From an uncultured Oscillibacter sp. (GTDB lineage Bacteria; Bacillota; Clostridia; Oscillospirales; Oscillospiraceae): a stretch of DNA of 64,000 nucleotides. The notes beneath the pieces are model-generated. The model did not search any database. It was not told the DNA's origin and saw nothing but the letters and a program-made list of their open reading frames with translations. Shown piece after piece: positions 48,626-57,669 of this stretch (its first letter is position 1; every line of letters starts with the position of its first letter). The position numbers were made by a program, and so were the translations under genes. Location of the stretch: NCBI GenBank assembly GCA_949959305.1, contig CATLJA010000003.1:11999-75998 (forward strand), read 5' to 3'.

Positions 48626-50487
48626 TGCATTATCTGAAAACATACCTCAAAACAATTACAGATCGTGGAAATCCTAAATTGGCAGAATCTATTTTCAAGA
48701 CGGCAGAGGAAGTTGGTAATCAATATATTAAGAATTTTTCTTTCTGCTCTCACGAAATAGGCCTGTTGTTTGGAAATGTCCAATCCGGAAAAACCGGCCA
48801 GATGTTTGGTATCATATGCAAATCTGCAGATCTAGGATTTCCTGTTTTTGTCCTGCTTACTACTGACAATGTAGTATTGCAGCAACAAACCCTTGACCGC
48901 GTCAAAGATGACTTGACTGGATTCTGTGTCTGCGGTGAAAATGACTCTGGTTTGTTTATCCAGAGCAGCTTAAAGGAACCTGTCATCATTGTGCTAAAGA
49001 AAAACTACCGTGTTCTTCGACTCTGGGCCAATGTGTTTGCTTCTACAGGCTTTATGAAAGGAAATCCTTTGTTTATTATTGATGACGAGGCTGATGCTGC
49101 TTCCTTGAATACGCTGGTAAACAAAGGACAGCAGTCCTCCATCAACAAATATCTGGATGCTATTAAAAATGGTGCCTCCAGCAGCATTTATTTACAGGTG
49201 ACCGGCACCCCTCAGGCTATTTTTCTGCAGACGATGGCCTCTGGCTGGCATCCTTATTTTTCCTATTATTTTGAACCTGGTAATGCCTATTTAGGGGGCG
49301 ACTTCTTTTTTCCGAAGAATAAAACCGCTGATTGTATCAATTTCTTAGAAAAGACTTCCAGACCGGAACGTCAGGTCGTTCTGCATCATCTTGCCGTTTC
49401 TGGTCAGGTTCTTGCTTCCGGCGGAAAGGTCTGTAACTGTCTGCTCCACCCCAGCGTCAGACAAGCTGTTCATAGCAAATATGCCAAGTCCATATCTACC
49501 GAACTCGCGTGGTGCCTGAAACATCTGAACGAGGAATTTAGAGATGCATTGAAGGAAGAATACGATACATTGAATCCACAGAAATCTTCAAAAGTTACCT
49601 TCGATATTCTTTTTGCTGTTGTCAAAAACCTCCTCGAGACTAATGGGGTAAATATCATCATAATGAATGGCAGAAATGATGTTAACAGCGGTGAATATTC
49701 CTCGGGGTCAAATATTGTTGTCGGTGGAAATACTTTGGGGCGTGGAGTCACCTTTCCTGGACTGCATACCATCTACTATACCAGAACCAGCAAAAAACCC
49801 CAGGCTGACACTATGTGGCAGCACAGCCGCATGTTTGGATATGATCGTGATCCCGGCATGATGAGAGTATTCATCGACGAAACGCTCTATAAATTGTTTG
49901 CTGATATCAATGCAACTAACAACTCTATTATTGCACAGCTTGAAAATGGCACTAAAGATATCAAAATCTATTATCATAGGGGATTGAATCCTACACGTCC
50001 AAATGTGCTGGACAATCACAATGTTTTTATGCTTTCTGGTGGCACAAACTACTATCCTTTTGATCCTGATAATAATTCCATTGAAGACTTGGATAAGCTG
50101 CTGGCTCCTTTTGATGACAAAGAAGCATGCTATCAGATTAGTCTTCGACTCATGAAAGAAATTTTTGGTCATATTATATCCGCAGATGATTTTGCTGTGT
50201 CCAGTTTTATATCTATTCTGGATACCATGCTTTCCGAGAAGCCTGCTGCCCAAGGCGTTCTGATTGTTCGAAGAAATAGAGATGTTGCCAAGGGCACTGG
50301 TGCCTTGCTTTCTCCCAATGATTGGAGTTTAGGAAGTTCGTTCTCTGACCACATTGTGCTTACTATGTACAAGGTGACAGGTCGTAAAGGCTGGAGCGGC
50401 AGAGAATTATGGGTGCCTAACATTAAGCTTCCTAACAATATGGTTTATTATGATGTGAGAGAATTCAATAAAAACGATGCCGAGTGA
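48622..50487 (+). CDS. SF2 helicase/ATPase with Z1 domain (CglI/NgoAVII H-type)
   Basis: GNVQSGKT, DDEAD, TLGRGVTF, QADTMWQHSRMFGY. Confidence 0.88.
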   Translation: MMHYLKTYLKTITDRGNPKLAESIFKTAEEVGNQYIKNFSFCSHEIGLLFGNVQSGKTGQMFGIICKSADLGFPVFVLLTTDNVVLQQQTLDRVKDDLTGFCVCGENDSGLFIQSSLKEPVIIVLKKNYRVLRLWANVFASTGFMKGNPLFIIDDEADAASLNTLVNKGQQSSINKYLDAIKNGASSSIYLQVTGTPQAIFLQTMASGWHPYFSYYFEPGNAYLGGDFFFPKNKTADCINFLEKTSRPERQVVLHHLAVSGQVLASGGKVCNCLLHPSVRQAVHSKYAKSISTELAWCLKHLNEEFRDALKEEYDTLNPQKSSKVTFDILFAVVKNLLETNGVNIIIMNGRNDVNSGEYSSGSNIVVGGNTLGRGVTFPGLHTIYYTRTSKKPQADTMWQHSRMFGYDRDPGMMRVFIDETLYKLFADINATNNSIIAQLENGTKDIKIYYHRGLNPTRPNVLDNHNVFMLSGGTNYYPFDPDNNSIEDLDKLLAPFDDKEACYQISLRLMKEIFGHIISADDFAVSSFISILDTMLSEKPAAQGVLIVRRNRDVAKGTGALLSPNDWSLGSSFSDHIVLTMYKVTGRKGWSGRELWVPNIKLPNNMVYYDVREFNKNDAE

Positions 50488-50500
50488 TAGGAAGTGCAAT

Positions 50501-50947
50501 ATGGATGATTTAACTCCTGAGCAGCGCAGAAAAAACATGCAGGCAATTAAGAGCAAAGATACGTCTATTGAGCTTGCCCTTAGACACGCTTTGTGGCACT
50601 GTGGAATCCGGTATCGTAAGAATTATAAAGGCCTGCCGGGCAAACCTGATATTGTCATTACTAAGTACCGTATAGCAATATTCTGTGATTCAGATTATTG
50701 GCATGGCTATGATTGGGAAAATCGTCATAAGAGGATCAAGTCAAATCGAGAATATTGGATACCAAAAATCGAGCGTAATATGCAGAGAGATAAAGAGGTA
50801 ACAGCACAACTCCAAGAAGCTGGCTGGACGGTTCTTCGTTTCTGGGAGTGGCAGATCAAAAAACATTTGGACGAGTGTGTTGATGTAGTGATTAAAACAA
50901 TAAATACAGCCTCTGAACAAAACAAGAATAGGGAGAAAAAGCTGTGA
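50501..50947 (+). CDS. vsr: Very short patch repair endonuclease
   Basis: RRKNMQAIKSKDT.IE, LPGKPDI, FCDSDYWHG, RFWE. Confidence 0.93.
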   Translation: MDDLTPEQRRKNMQAIKSKDTSIELALRHALWHCGIRYRKNYKGLPGKPDIVITKYRIAIFCDSDYWHGYDWENRHKRIKSNREYWIPKIERNMQRDKEVTAQLQEAGWTVLRFWEWQIKKHLDECVDVVIKTINTASEQNKNREKKL

Positions 50948-51918
50948 TAATTAGAGATATTGCAAAAGCGGTGCTGTTTGATCCGTTGCTGCTTGACGCA
51001 AATGAGCTGTATATTGTATCTGGTTACGCTACACCTACAATGCTTTCCTGGTATATCAAGAATCTGTATCACAAAACGAAGACGCCAATAAAAATATTTT
51101 TACTGGTTGGCATGGTGCCTTTTGATGGCATCAGCGTGTCTGTACACGAAGGCTTCATCCAGATCATTCGAAGTGAGCATCCGCAAGAAATTGCAAAGCT
51201 GGAATGCAGCTACATATATGATGCCCCAGCTGTTCATGGCAACCTTTTTATCTGGGCTAAAGATGGCGCTCCAGTGTGTGCATTTTCGGGATCTTCCAAT
51301 TTTGTGCAGAGTTCTTTTGTCGGCAGACACCGCCAAGAAATCATGAATGAGTGTAATCCACAGGAATCCCTGGAGTATTATCAATCACTGATTGACCGAA
51401 GCATCTATGTTCACCATGCCGAGGTGGAGGAATATGTGATTATCCATCCTACACACGCTGTTTTGGATTTGGAAAATACGCTCATTGATGGTTTTGATTT
51501 TATGGCTCAGGACAGATATCAGATGGTTACACTCAGCCTAATCACCAGAAACGGAGAGCCCGGAAAACGATCCGGCCTTAACTGGGGACATAGGCCGGGG
51601 CGCAATCCCAATGAAGCATATATCCCATTGCCGAGCAAGATTGCTAAGAGTGGTTTTTTCCCGTTGGAAAAGCGGCATTTTACCGCAATAACAGACGACC
51701 GCCATCAGCTTATTCTTCGTGTTGAACAGCAGAATGACAAGGCAATTACTACTCCAGCGAGAAACAGTGACTTGGGGGAATATTTTAGAAATAGGCTTGG
51801 CCTTGCCAACGGCGCACTTGTTACCAGATCCGACCTTGACAAATATGACAGAACTGATATAATCTTTTTGAAGTTAGATGAGGAGACCTACTACTTGGAT
51901 TTTTCAAGCCTAAAATGA
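50944..51918 (+). CDS. Second NgoFVII-type PLD protein with degenerate active site (HGN instead of HxK)
   Basis: IVSGYAT, VHGNLF, GSSNF; C-terminal SGLNWG..EAYIP..TDD..LGEYFR. Confidence 0.8.
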   Translation: MIIRDIAKAVLFDPLLLDANELYIVSGYATPTMLSWYIKNLYHKTKTPIKIFLLVGMVPFDGISVSVHEGFIQIIRSEHPQEIAKLECSYIYDAPAVHGNLFIWAKDGAPVCAFSGSSNFVQSSFVGRHRQEIMNECNPQESLEYYQSLIDRSIYVHHAEVEEYVIIHPTHAVLDLENTLIDGFDFMAQDRYQMVTLSLITRNGEPGKRSGLNWGHRPGRNPNEAYIPLPSKIAKSGFFPLEKRHFTAITDDRHQLILRVEQQNDKAITTPARNSDLGEYFRNRLGLANGALVTRSDLDKYDRTDIIFLKLDEETYYLDFSSLK

Positions 51919-52002
51919 AGGCCCTCGGATATAAGAAGCAATAATCTAAAAAGCCAAAGTATGCTGAGATATTTTTTATGGGTTTGAAAGAGGATGTGAC
52001 AT

Positions 52003-52404
52003 ATGGCAAATGCAGGTGACACTTATACAGTTACATTAAAAGCTCCCCATTTAGCTTGGGGCGAAATAAGGTACACAAATAGCCGAGGGACAGTATATGG
52101 AGAGGGGTATATACCAATTCCGGCAGGGGATGCATATAGATTGGGATTATTTAATCAAAACGGAACAGGATATAGAGATATTTTGGGAAAGAATTTATTT
52201 AACTGTGCTTCTGTAGACGGAGGATTTAGAGGTATTGTACGAGCACAGGGGAATCAAGCAGATGATTGCTATGCAAAACAATTTGCTGGAGACAAGAATC
52301 TTAAAGCGCTTGGTGACTGGTTTTATAGCATTGGTGCGGGTATAGGAGATCAAGTAAGAGTAACTTGGCTGAATTCTACAGATATAGTCATTGAACTTAT
52401 ATAA
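52003..52404 (+). CDS. Hypothetical protein resembling a stand-alone B3-like DNA-recognition domain
   Basis: HLAWG..EGYIPIP..YAKQFAG..LGDWF parallels the C-termini of both PLD proteins. Confidence 0.55.
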   Translation: MANAGDTYTVTLKAPHLAWGEIRYTNSRGTVYGEGYIPIPAGDAYRLGLFNQNGTGYRDILGKNLFNCASVDGGFRGIVRAQGNQADDCYAKQFAGDKNLKALGDWFYSIGAGIGDQVRVTWLNSTDIVIELI

Positions 52405-52462
52405 TAAATTAATGGAGCGTTGTAGGACTTATGCTACGACGCTCCATTTGTCGTGATTAATT

Positions 52463-53515
52463 TTATTCTTCAATATTTGCAGTCATAAATTCATATGGAA
52501 TACCCGCAAATGTTTTCAAAATAGCTTCAAAAATAATCTTGGCACCTTCGCAAGGCACTGCCATGCCAATCTGCTTGCGAACGCTTTCTTTGCTTCCCTC
52601 AAACACAAAATCATCCCGAAAAGTTTGTAGTCGGGCCCTCTCTCGGTTGGTCAATGCGCGGGGTTCAGACCAGTGATAGATATGAGTTCCGCCGCCGCCG
52701 CTTCCAGTAACAGTATATGCAGGTTTATCTGGATCAAGGCGTTTATAAATCTGACTAATCTTTGCACCAGAAACATTCAGCTTTAAGCGATCAGGAAGTT
52801 CGGCTGTAAAGGCATTTTGGCCAGGTTTAATGTATCCAAGGCGCTCAATCACTGTTGCCGATTGTTTGGTAAGATCGTTATTGGGAGCATCAGGGGCAAT
52901 AGGAGGAACTTCAATTGCTGTCTTACAAGTGTTATCCACTTTTGCATAAGGGGCGCTGGAAGGAATCTTAAATTCAACATTAATATTATCTCGAATGCCA
53001 ACAATAATAATTCTGTGCCGCGCCTGGGGGATTCCATAAGTCTCAAATTTATATAGATTGGGATAAAGTTTATACCCTGCCGCTTTCATTTCGTCAAGTA
53101 TCTTAGTAAAAGCCTTGCCATCGTTTGCATTTCTCAAACCACCAACATTTTCAGCTAAAAACCACTGAGGTCTGTATAGTTTGAGTACCTTGATGCCATA
53201 AGAATACAAAGGCCCGTAAACACCATCCATGCCTTTTTGTTCACCGACGACACTGTAGTCGTTGCATGGAAAACCAAATGCAAAGGCATCAATTGGACTC
53301 AGCTGGGTTAAATCAAATTTCCGCACATCAGCATGGTATACAGTGCCAGGCTGATCAGGACAGATATTGCGCCGATATGTTTGACATGTATTTTCATCAT
53401 AGTCATTTGCCCAAGCGTGGATAATTTTGAAATTCGGATCTCCAATATCCGCATGAGTTGCTCCCCATGCCAGGCCGCCTGGGCCGCAAAAGAGTTCTCC
53501 AAGCCTAAAAATCAT
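52463..53515 (-). CDS. DNA (cytosine-5) methyltransferase
   Basis: ELFCGPGG, GFPC, ENV, QARHR, YTVTGSGGGGTH, RERARLQTF; start at MIFRLG. Confidence 0.95.
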   Translation of the reverse strand: MIFRLGELFCGPGGLAWGATHADIGDPNFKIIHAWANDYDENTCQTYRRNICPDQPGTVYHADVRKFDLTQLSPIDAFAFGFPCNDYSVVGEQKGMDGVYGPLYSYGIKVLKLYRPQWFLAENVGGLRNANDGKAFTKILDEMKAAGYKLYPNLYKFETYGIPQARHRIIIVGIRDNINVEFKIPSSAPYAKVDNTCKTAIEVPPIAPDAPNNDLTKQSATVIERLGYIKPGQNAFTAELPDRLKLNVSGAKISQIYKRLDPDKPAYTVTGSGGGGTHIYHWSEPRALTNRERARLQTFRDDFVFEGSKESVRKQIGMAVPCEGAKIIFEAILKTFAGIPYEFMTANIEE

Positions 53516-53846
53516 GCTTCGTTCTTCCTTTCGTGAACAAATCAATCTGCGCTTGAATGAGGTTCCTTTCATCTTCGGTAAGCAGATCTGCATTTTGAAA
53601 GACCTGCTCATAGGAAGAGAGCGCCTCTTTATCCAGGTAACCTGCAATGCAGTACAGCTCAATGAGATTAATATGATACAATTTAGACAGAACCAGCAGA
53701 ATATCTGGTGCTGGGTTTGAAGCATTTGTACCATTTTCAATTCGGCTGAGTTTTGAATCGCTGATGCCGGTTTCTTTGTAGACATCTTTCAGGCTGAGTT
53801 TTTGGTGGATCCGATTTTTTTTCAAATATTCGCCTAAAGTGACCAT
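53505..53846 (-). CDS. XRE-family HTH controller of the methyltransferase
   Basis: LGEYLK...SKLSRIENG; overlaps the MTase start. Confidence 0.85.
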   Translation of the reverse strand: MVTLGEYLKKNRIHQKLSLKDVYKETGISDSKLSRIENGTNASNPAPDILLVLSKLYHINLIELYCIAGYLDKEALSSYEQVFQNADLLTEDERNLIQAQIDLFTKGRTKHDF

Positions 53847-53863
53847 ATTACCACCTCTGTTTT

Positions 53864-53928
53864 ACTATAACACAAATGCTGCGAAATTGCAACAATTATT
53901 ATTTACTGCTGCAATTTCGCAGCAGTAA
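53864..53928 (-). promoter_or_regulatory. Promoter with double palindromic operator (C-box-like)
   Basis: TTGCAA-N17-TATAGT; TGCTGC-N6-GCAACA (53877) and TTACTGCTGC-N6-GCAGCAGTAA (53903-53928). Confidence 0.7.
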
Positions 53929-54079
53929 GCATGTAGCAACCAAGAAGCTAAAATACCTTGGTTCTGCTATTAAATTTCTCTACTTCTGTTTATGCTTTCT
54001 ACTAGACTTCCTTCCCTTCATTCGGTATTGTGTTGGTTGCCAAGAGCACAAAGAAATACTGAATACAGGAGGAAAAAGT

Positions 54080-54853
54080 ATGACCAGCATGAAAAAACAC
54101 ATTGCCGCCATATTGACGGCGACCATCCTTGCAACCGCACTCACCGTCCCTGCCGCAACAGTGGAAATTCCGGCCATCCGTGTGAGCAGCTACAAGGGCA
54201 GCACCTTGGAAGTGGGAGAGCGAAGCGGCCTCATCATCGGCCGCAGTGATACGGAGTACACCGTTACCACCAGCGACCCGGAAACGGTAGCGGTGGAACA
54301 GGTACTGACCTTCTGGGTTGCCGTCGCCAAGGCTGAGGGGAGCGCGGAGATCACCGCCTCCAACAGCGCCGGGGAGTGTGGAAGTATAACGCTGACGGTC
54401 AACTCCACCATACCCACTCCCTCAAAAGTCTCCTCCGATGAGGACAGCACCTGCCTGATGGACAACTTGGAGATACGCCAAGAGATGATCCGCCTGATTA
54501 ACCAGACCCGCAAGGCCAATGGAGTCCCAGAGCTACCTATCAACGAGGCCCTGATGAACGCCGCCCAAATTTGCTCCAACCGGCGTTACACCTGGCATCA
54601 CTCTCCAGAGGAGAGCAAAGCCGCTGTCGATGCCGGATACCCCTATGGCTTCGGTGATAACCTGACTGTGTTCACCGGCACAGTCAACGCCGCCCAGCGC
54701 GCCGTCGACAACTGGATCAACTCTCCCGGTCACTTCCAGACCATGATCGATCCACGCTGTGACTGCATCGGGGTGGGCGTGACCCAGTACGACGGGATCA
54801 CATACTGTTACATGTTTGTCGGAATACCCGACAGCGTCAACTTCTATGCGTGA
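54080..54853 (+). CDS. Secreted CAP (SCP) domain protein with Ig-like N-terminal domain
   Basis: Signal peptide; LINQTRKANG, WINSPGHFQTM, IGVG. Confidence 0.82.
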   Translation: MTSMKKHIAAILTATILATALTVPAATVEIPAIRVSSYKGSTLEVGERSGLIIGRSDTEYTVTTSDPETVAVEQVLTFWVAVAKAEGSAEITASNSAGECGSITLTVNSTIPTPSKVSSDEDSTCLMDNLEIRQEMIRLINQTRKANGVPELPINEALMNAAQICSNRRYTWHHSPEESKAAVDAGYPYGFGDNLTVFTGTVNAAQRAVDNWINSPGHFQTMIDPRCDCIGVGVTQYDGITYCYMFVGIPDSVNFYA

Positions 54854-54959
54854 CAGGACAGCCAGACAAAGGAACAGAACCAAAATCAAGAGCAGGCCGA
54901 AAACGGTCTGCTCTTGGCTTTCAGATATTGCATCTCCATATACAAAGATAAAAAGGCGG

Positions 54960-55411
54960 CTACGAAAAACACACGGCGATCCCCTTGTGGTCAGACAGCA
55001 GCTTATTCTGATTCCATTCCACTTGATATCGTCGAGTTGCTTTGTCAAAGACTTCAGAAACGAGGGATGTCTGTTTCCGTATATGCCGATGATGGTTCCA
55101 TAGACCAGCAGACGACCTTTTTCTGTTTCCAGTTCGACGCACAGCGCAGTATACTCGTCGCAGGTCTTATGCTGCCGGACACATTGGTAGTTTGTGTAAA
55201 CAGAGACCCTGTTCTCGGTAGCGGTGTAAAATGTGGGCTGAATATCTGTCAGCAGCGGTGTATGGAAGCTGTACTGGTAATCCGGGCACACACGATGATC
55301 TGTCTCTGTAAGCACCAGGATATCCGCCTGAATCTGTTCACAGGCAAGCAAAATCTGCTCCGGCGATTTTTTGTGCTTCAACCGTTCGATGTTCCCAGTG
55401 GCAATTCTCAA
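54960..55411 (-). pseudogene. Endonuclease/exonuclease/phosphatase gene with internal deletion and frameshift
   Basis: RIATGNIERL, DILVLTE in one frame; terminal LSDHKGI in another; the central GDxN segment is absent. Confidence 0.7.
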
Positions 55412-55585
55412 CTCGTATTCCCTCCTGTGCCCGGTTGCACAATGCGGTTCGTCTGTCAATATTTTATACGATTTCAAATGAACAATCAAGGCCACTCGTA
55501 CAGTCAGACACAAAGAACTCGCTCCAGTGGACAGTGACTAAACTTTTTAGCATTCCCATTTCTCAAAATTTTTATACACACCCTC

Positions 55586-55766
55586 TTGACAAAAGCCGTC
55601 TGATCGAGTATCCTGTAAGCAGAACATATATTCGAGTGCAACAACTGAACAAACTGCCTCGCTCTACTTCCGACTTACATATCCGAGGCTGTGCAAGACC
55701 TCACGGTACAAAATGATGTACCGTTGTTTGTGTTTGCCAGCAGGGATGTGTAGGTCTTTTTATTTT
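55586..55766 (+). promoter_or_regulatory. Promoter, LexA-type SOS box and structured leader of the excisionase operon
   Basis: TTGACA-N17-TATCCT; AGAACATATATTCG (55621-34); 13-bp stem 55672-84/55744-56 followed by T-tract. Confidence 0.6.
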
Positions 55767-55865
55767 CTCTGGTATGGCAAGAACAGCGTGGACGGCTATC
55801 ACACTCTGTCCTGTGTTCCAGCGCAGAGAAAAAATCATCACAACTGGTAAGGAGAGCAAGTTCAG

Positions 55866-56075
55866 ATGAAAGAATCAGTCTACAAAAGCTACGACGAGCT
55901 GCCGCTGTTTTTGAACGCGGAGACAGTGGCGAAGGTGTTGGGGGTCTCGCCGTCCAGCGGGTACGAACTCATGCACGAACCGGATTTCCCGGCACTGCGC
56001 ATCGGCAGCCGCATCGTAATTCCCAAGGAGGCGTTCATCCGTTGGGTGGAGGAACACACAGGAGGTACAGCGTGA
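55866..56075 (+). CDS. Excisionase-like HTH protein
   Basis: LPLFLNAETVAKVLGVS...FPALRIGSRIVIPKEAFIRW. Confidence 0.85.
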   Translation: MKESVYKSYDELPLFLNAETVAKVLGVSPSSGYELMHEPDFPALRIGSRIVIPKEAFIRWVEEHTGGTA

Positions 56076-56647
56076 AAAGATACGATCTCTATTCCAAGCG
56101 AGACCCCGCCAAGAATTTTTCGCCCCTGCCCAATGAGGTCTTCTACCTGGGCCTGTCCTATGGCGCCATCGCGGTCTACGGCTACCTGATGCACATCGAG
56201 GACAGGAAGACCTTCCAGTCCTACGCCGGCTACAACACCATCGGCAGAGCGGTGAAGATGAGTGCCAACACCGTCCGTAAGTATGTGCTGGAGCTGGAGG
56301 ACAAGTACCTCATCCGCACGGAGCCCACCACCGTCATCACCCGAGACGGACGCAAGCGCAACGGAACACTGCGCTACTACATCCGTCCTATTCAGGAGGC
56401 GGTGGATTACTACCACGAGCGGCAACTCAGTCAGTTGGAGTTGGATACCGAGCGGCAAAAAGTGCAGGCCCGATTGTCGCGGCTGTGTGCGGCGCAGGAA
56501 CCATCCCCGACGGCAGGGCGGCCCATGACACCCCCAGCAGCAGAGCGCGGCATGTCGGGGCTGTGTGGCCCGGTGTGCGAAGTGGGTGGCCTCAGCGATT
56601 TGCCAAACGGCCAAGTGAACCGGGGGGTCGAAAAAAGTGCAGGATAA
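56072..56647 (+). CDS. HTH (HTH_36-like) putative replication protein
   Basis: NFSPLPNEVF, AIAVYGYL, TVRKYVLELEDKYLI; GTG overlaps the xis stop. Confidence 0.65.
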   Translation: MKRYDLYSKRDPAKNFSPLPNEVFYLGLSYGAIAVYGYLMHIEDRKTFQSYAGYNTIGRAVKMSANTVRKYVLELEDKYLIRTEPTTVITRDGRKRNGTLRYYIRPIQEAVDYYHERQLSQLELDTERQKVQARLSRLCAAQEPSPTAGRPMTPPAAERGMSGLCGPVCEVGGLSDLPNGQVNRGVEKSAG

Positions 56648-56901
56648 ACGCGTGGCGCCTTGTGCCGCCACGCCGGGTCACACCGGCCCGCAATGCGGAC
56701 CGGGAGACGGGAAACGCCGAAGCTTGGAACCGTTTGCGGTACATTTAGAGGGAAACTGTGCAAATCGTAGAATGGCATCATTTTTCCCGGCATGGCATTG
56801 GATATGGCATTGATAAGAGCACAAGCCCTACTGCCGCAAGGAAAATTCAGGCATTACAGGTGGCGAAAGCCCCAAAAAACACAATTTTGGAGGATAACAT
56901 C

Positions 56902-57306
56902 ATGGCAGAAGAAAAAGTGAGATTTCAGATGAGAATTGATCCGGACACAGACCGGAAGATCAAATCAGCAATGCAGTTAGCGAACTGCCGCAGTCAAAAT
57001 GAGTTCGTGGAAACGGCTCTGCGGTTCTACTGCGACTACCTGACAGCGGGAGACTGCACAGCCGTAGCGCCTATGTACCTGTCCGCTATTCGCGGTACGG
57101 TGCAGGATACGGAGAACCGGATCTGCCGTCTGCTCTTCAAGCTGGCGGTGGAGCAGGACATGGTGATGAATGTGTTGGCGGCTGGGATGGAGATTCCCGA
57201 TGAACAACTCAAGGCGCTGCGGGGCCGGTGCGTCCAGAATGTGAAAAAGACCGGCGGCAGTGTCACACTGGATGACGCGGTCCGCTATCAGAACGGTGGG
57301 CTGTAA
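56902..57306 (+). CDS. Ribbon-helix-helix mobilisation accessory-like protein
   Basis: RFQMRID...SQNEFVETALRFYCDYL; RLLFKLAVE. Confidence 0.55.
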   Translation: MAEEKVRFQMRIDPDTDRKIKSAMQLANCRSQNEFVETALRFYCDYLTAGDCTAVAPMYLSAIRGTVQDTENRICRLLFKLAVEQDMVMNVLAAGMEIPDEQLKALRGRCVQNVKKTGGSVTLDDAVRYQNGGL

Positions 57307-57369
57307 AAAAGTAGTAGCTATTCCCGCCGAAGTGTGGTATGTGTTGGTGTTGCAAAGGAGGTAGCAGAC

Positions 57370-57666
57370 ATGAGAACGACTCTGGAGGATCTCTACTACG
57401 GCAACATCACACCCTGTGAGCAGCAGATGATACCTGGCTCAGAGATGAAGAAAGCGGTGGATCGTGTCGCTAAGTGCGAGGGACAGCTGATGGAACTCCT
57501 CAACGAGGAGGGGCAGCAGACCCTCACAAGGTTCATCCGCTCCCAGCATGAGATCAACAGCATCACAGCAACCGAGAATTTCATCCTGGGCTTCCGATTG
57601 GGCGTCAGGATTATGGCGGAGTGCATGGAAGACAACGACGGAGATATTCGGGTTGGAGGTGAGTAA
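57370..57666 (+). CDS. Conserved small element-associated protein (DUF6809-like)
   Basis: LEDLYYGNI.P...FILGFRLG. Confidence 0.7.
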   Translation: MRTTLEDLYYGNITPCEQQMIPGSEMKKAVDRVAKCEGQLMELLNEEGQQTLTRFIRSQHEINSITATENFILGFRLGVRIMAECMEDNDGDIRVGGE

Positions 57667-57669
57667 CAA

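Noticed and set aside
47459-53515. Possible DISARM class II system (PLD + helicase + C5 MTase)
   Set aside because: The helicase is the Z1-domain type and no DrmA/DrmB/DrmE-like genes are present; the layout fits CglI/NgoAVII better
52463-53785. 440-aa MTase with a long N-terminal extension, as in the ORF track
   Set aside because: The extension overlaps the XRE gene in another frame; an RBS and motif I place the start at 53515
54533-55513. 326-aa ORF as an intact gene
   Set aside because: Only the 55411-55020 part is EEP-like; the rest is readthrough antisense to the CAP gene after a deletion
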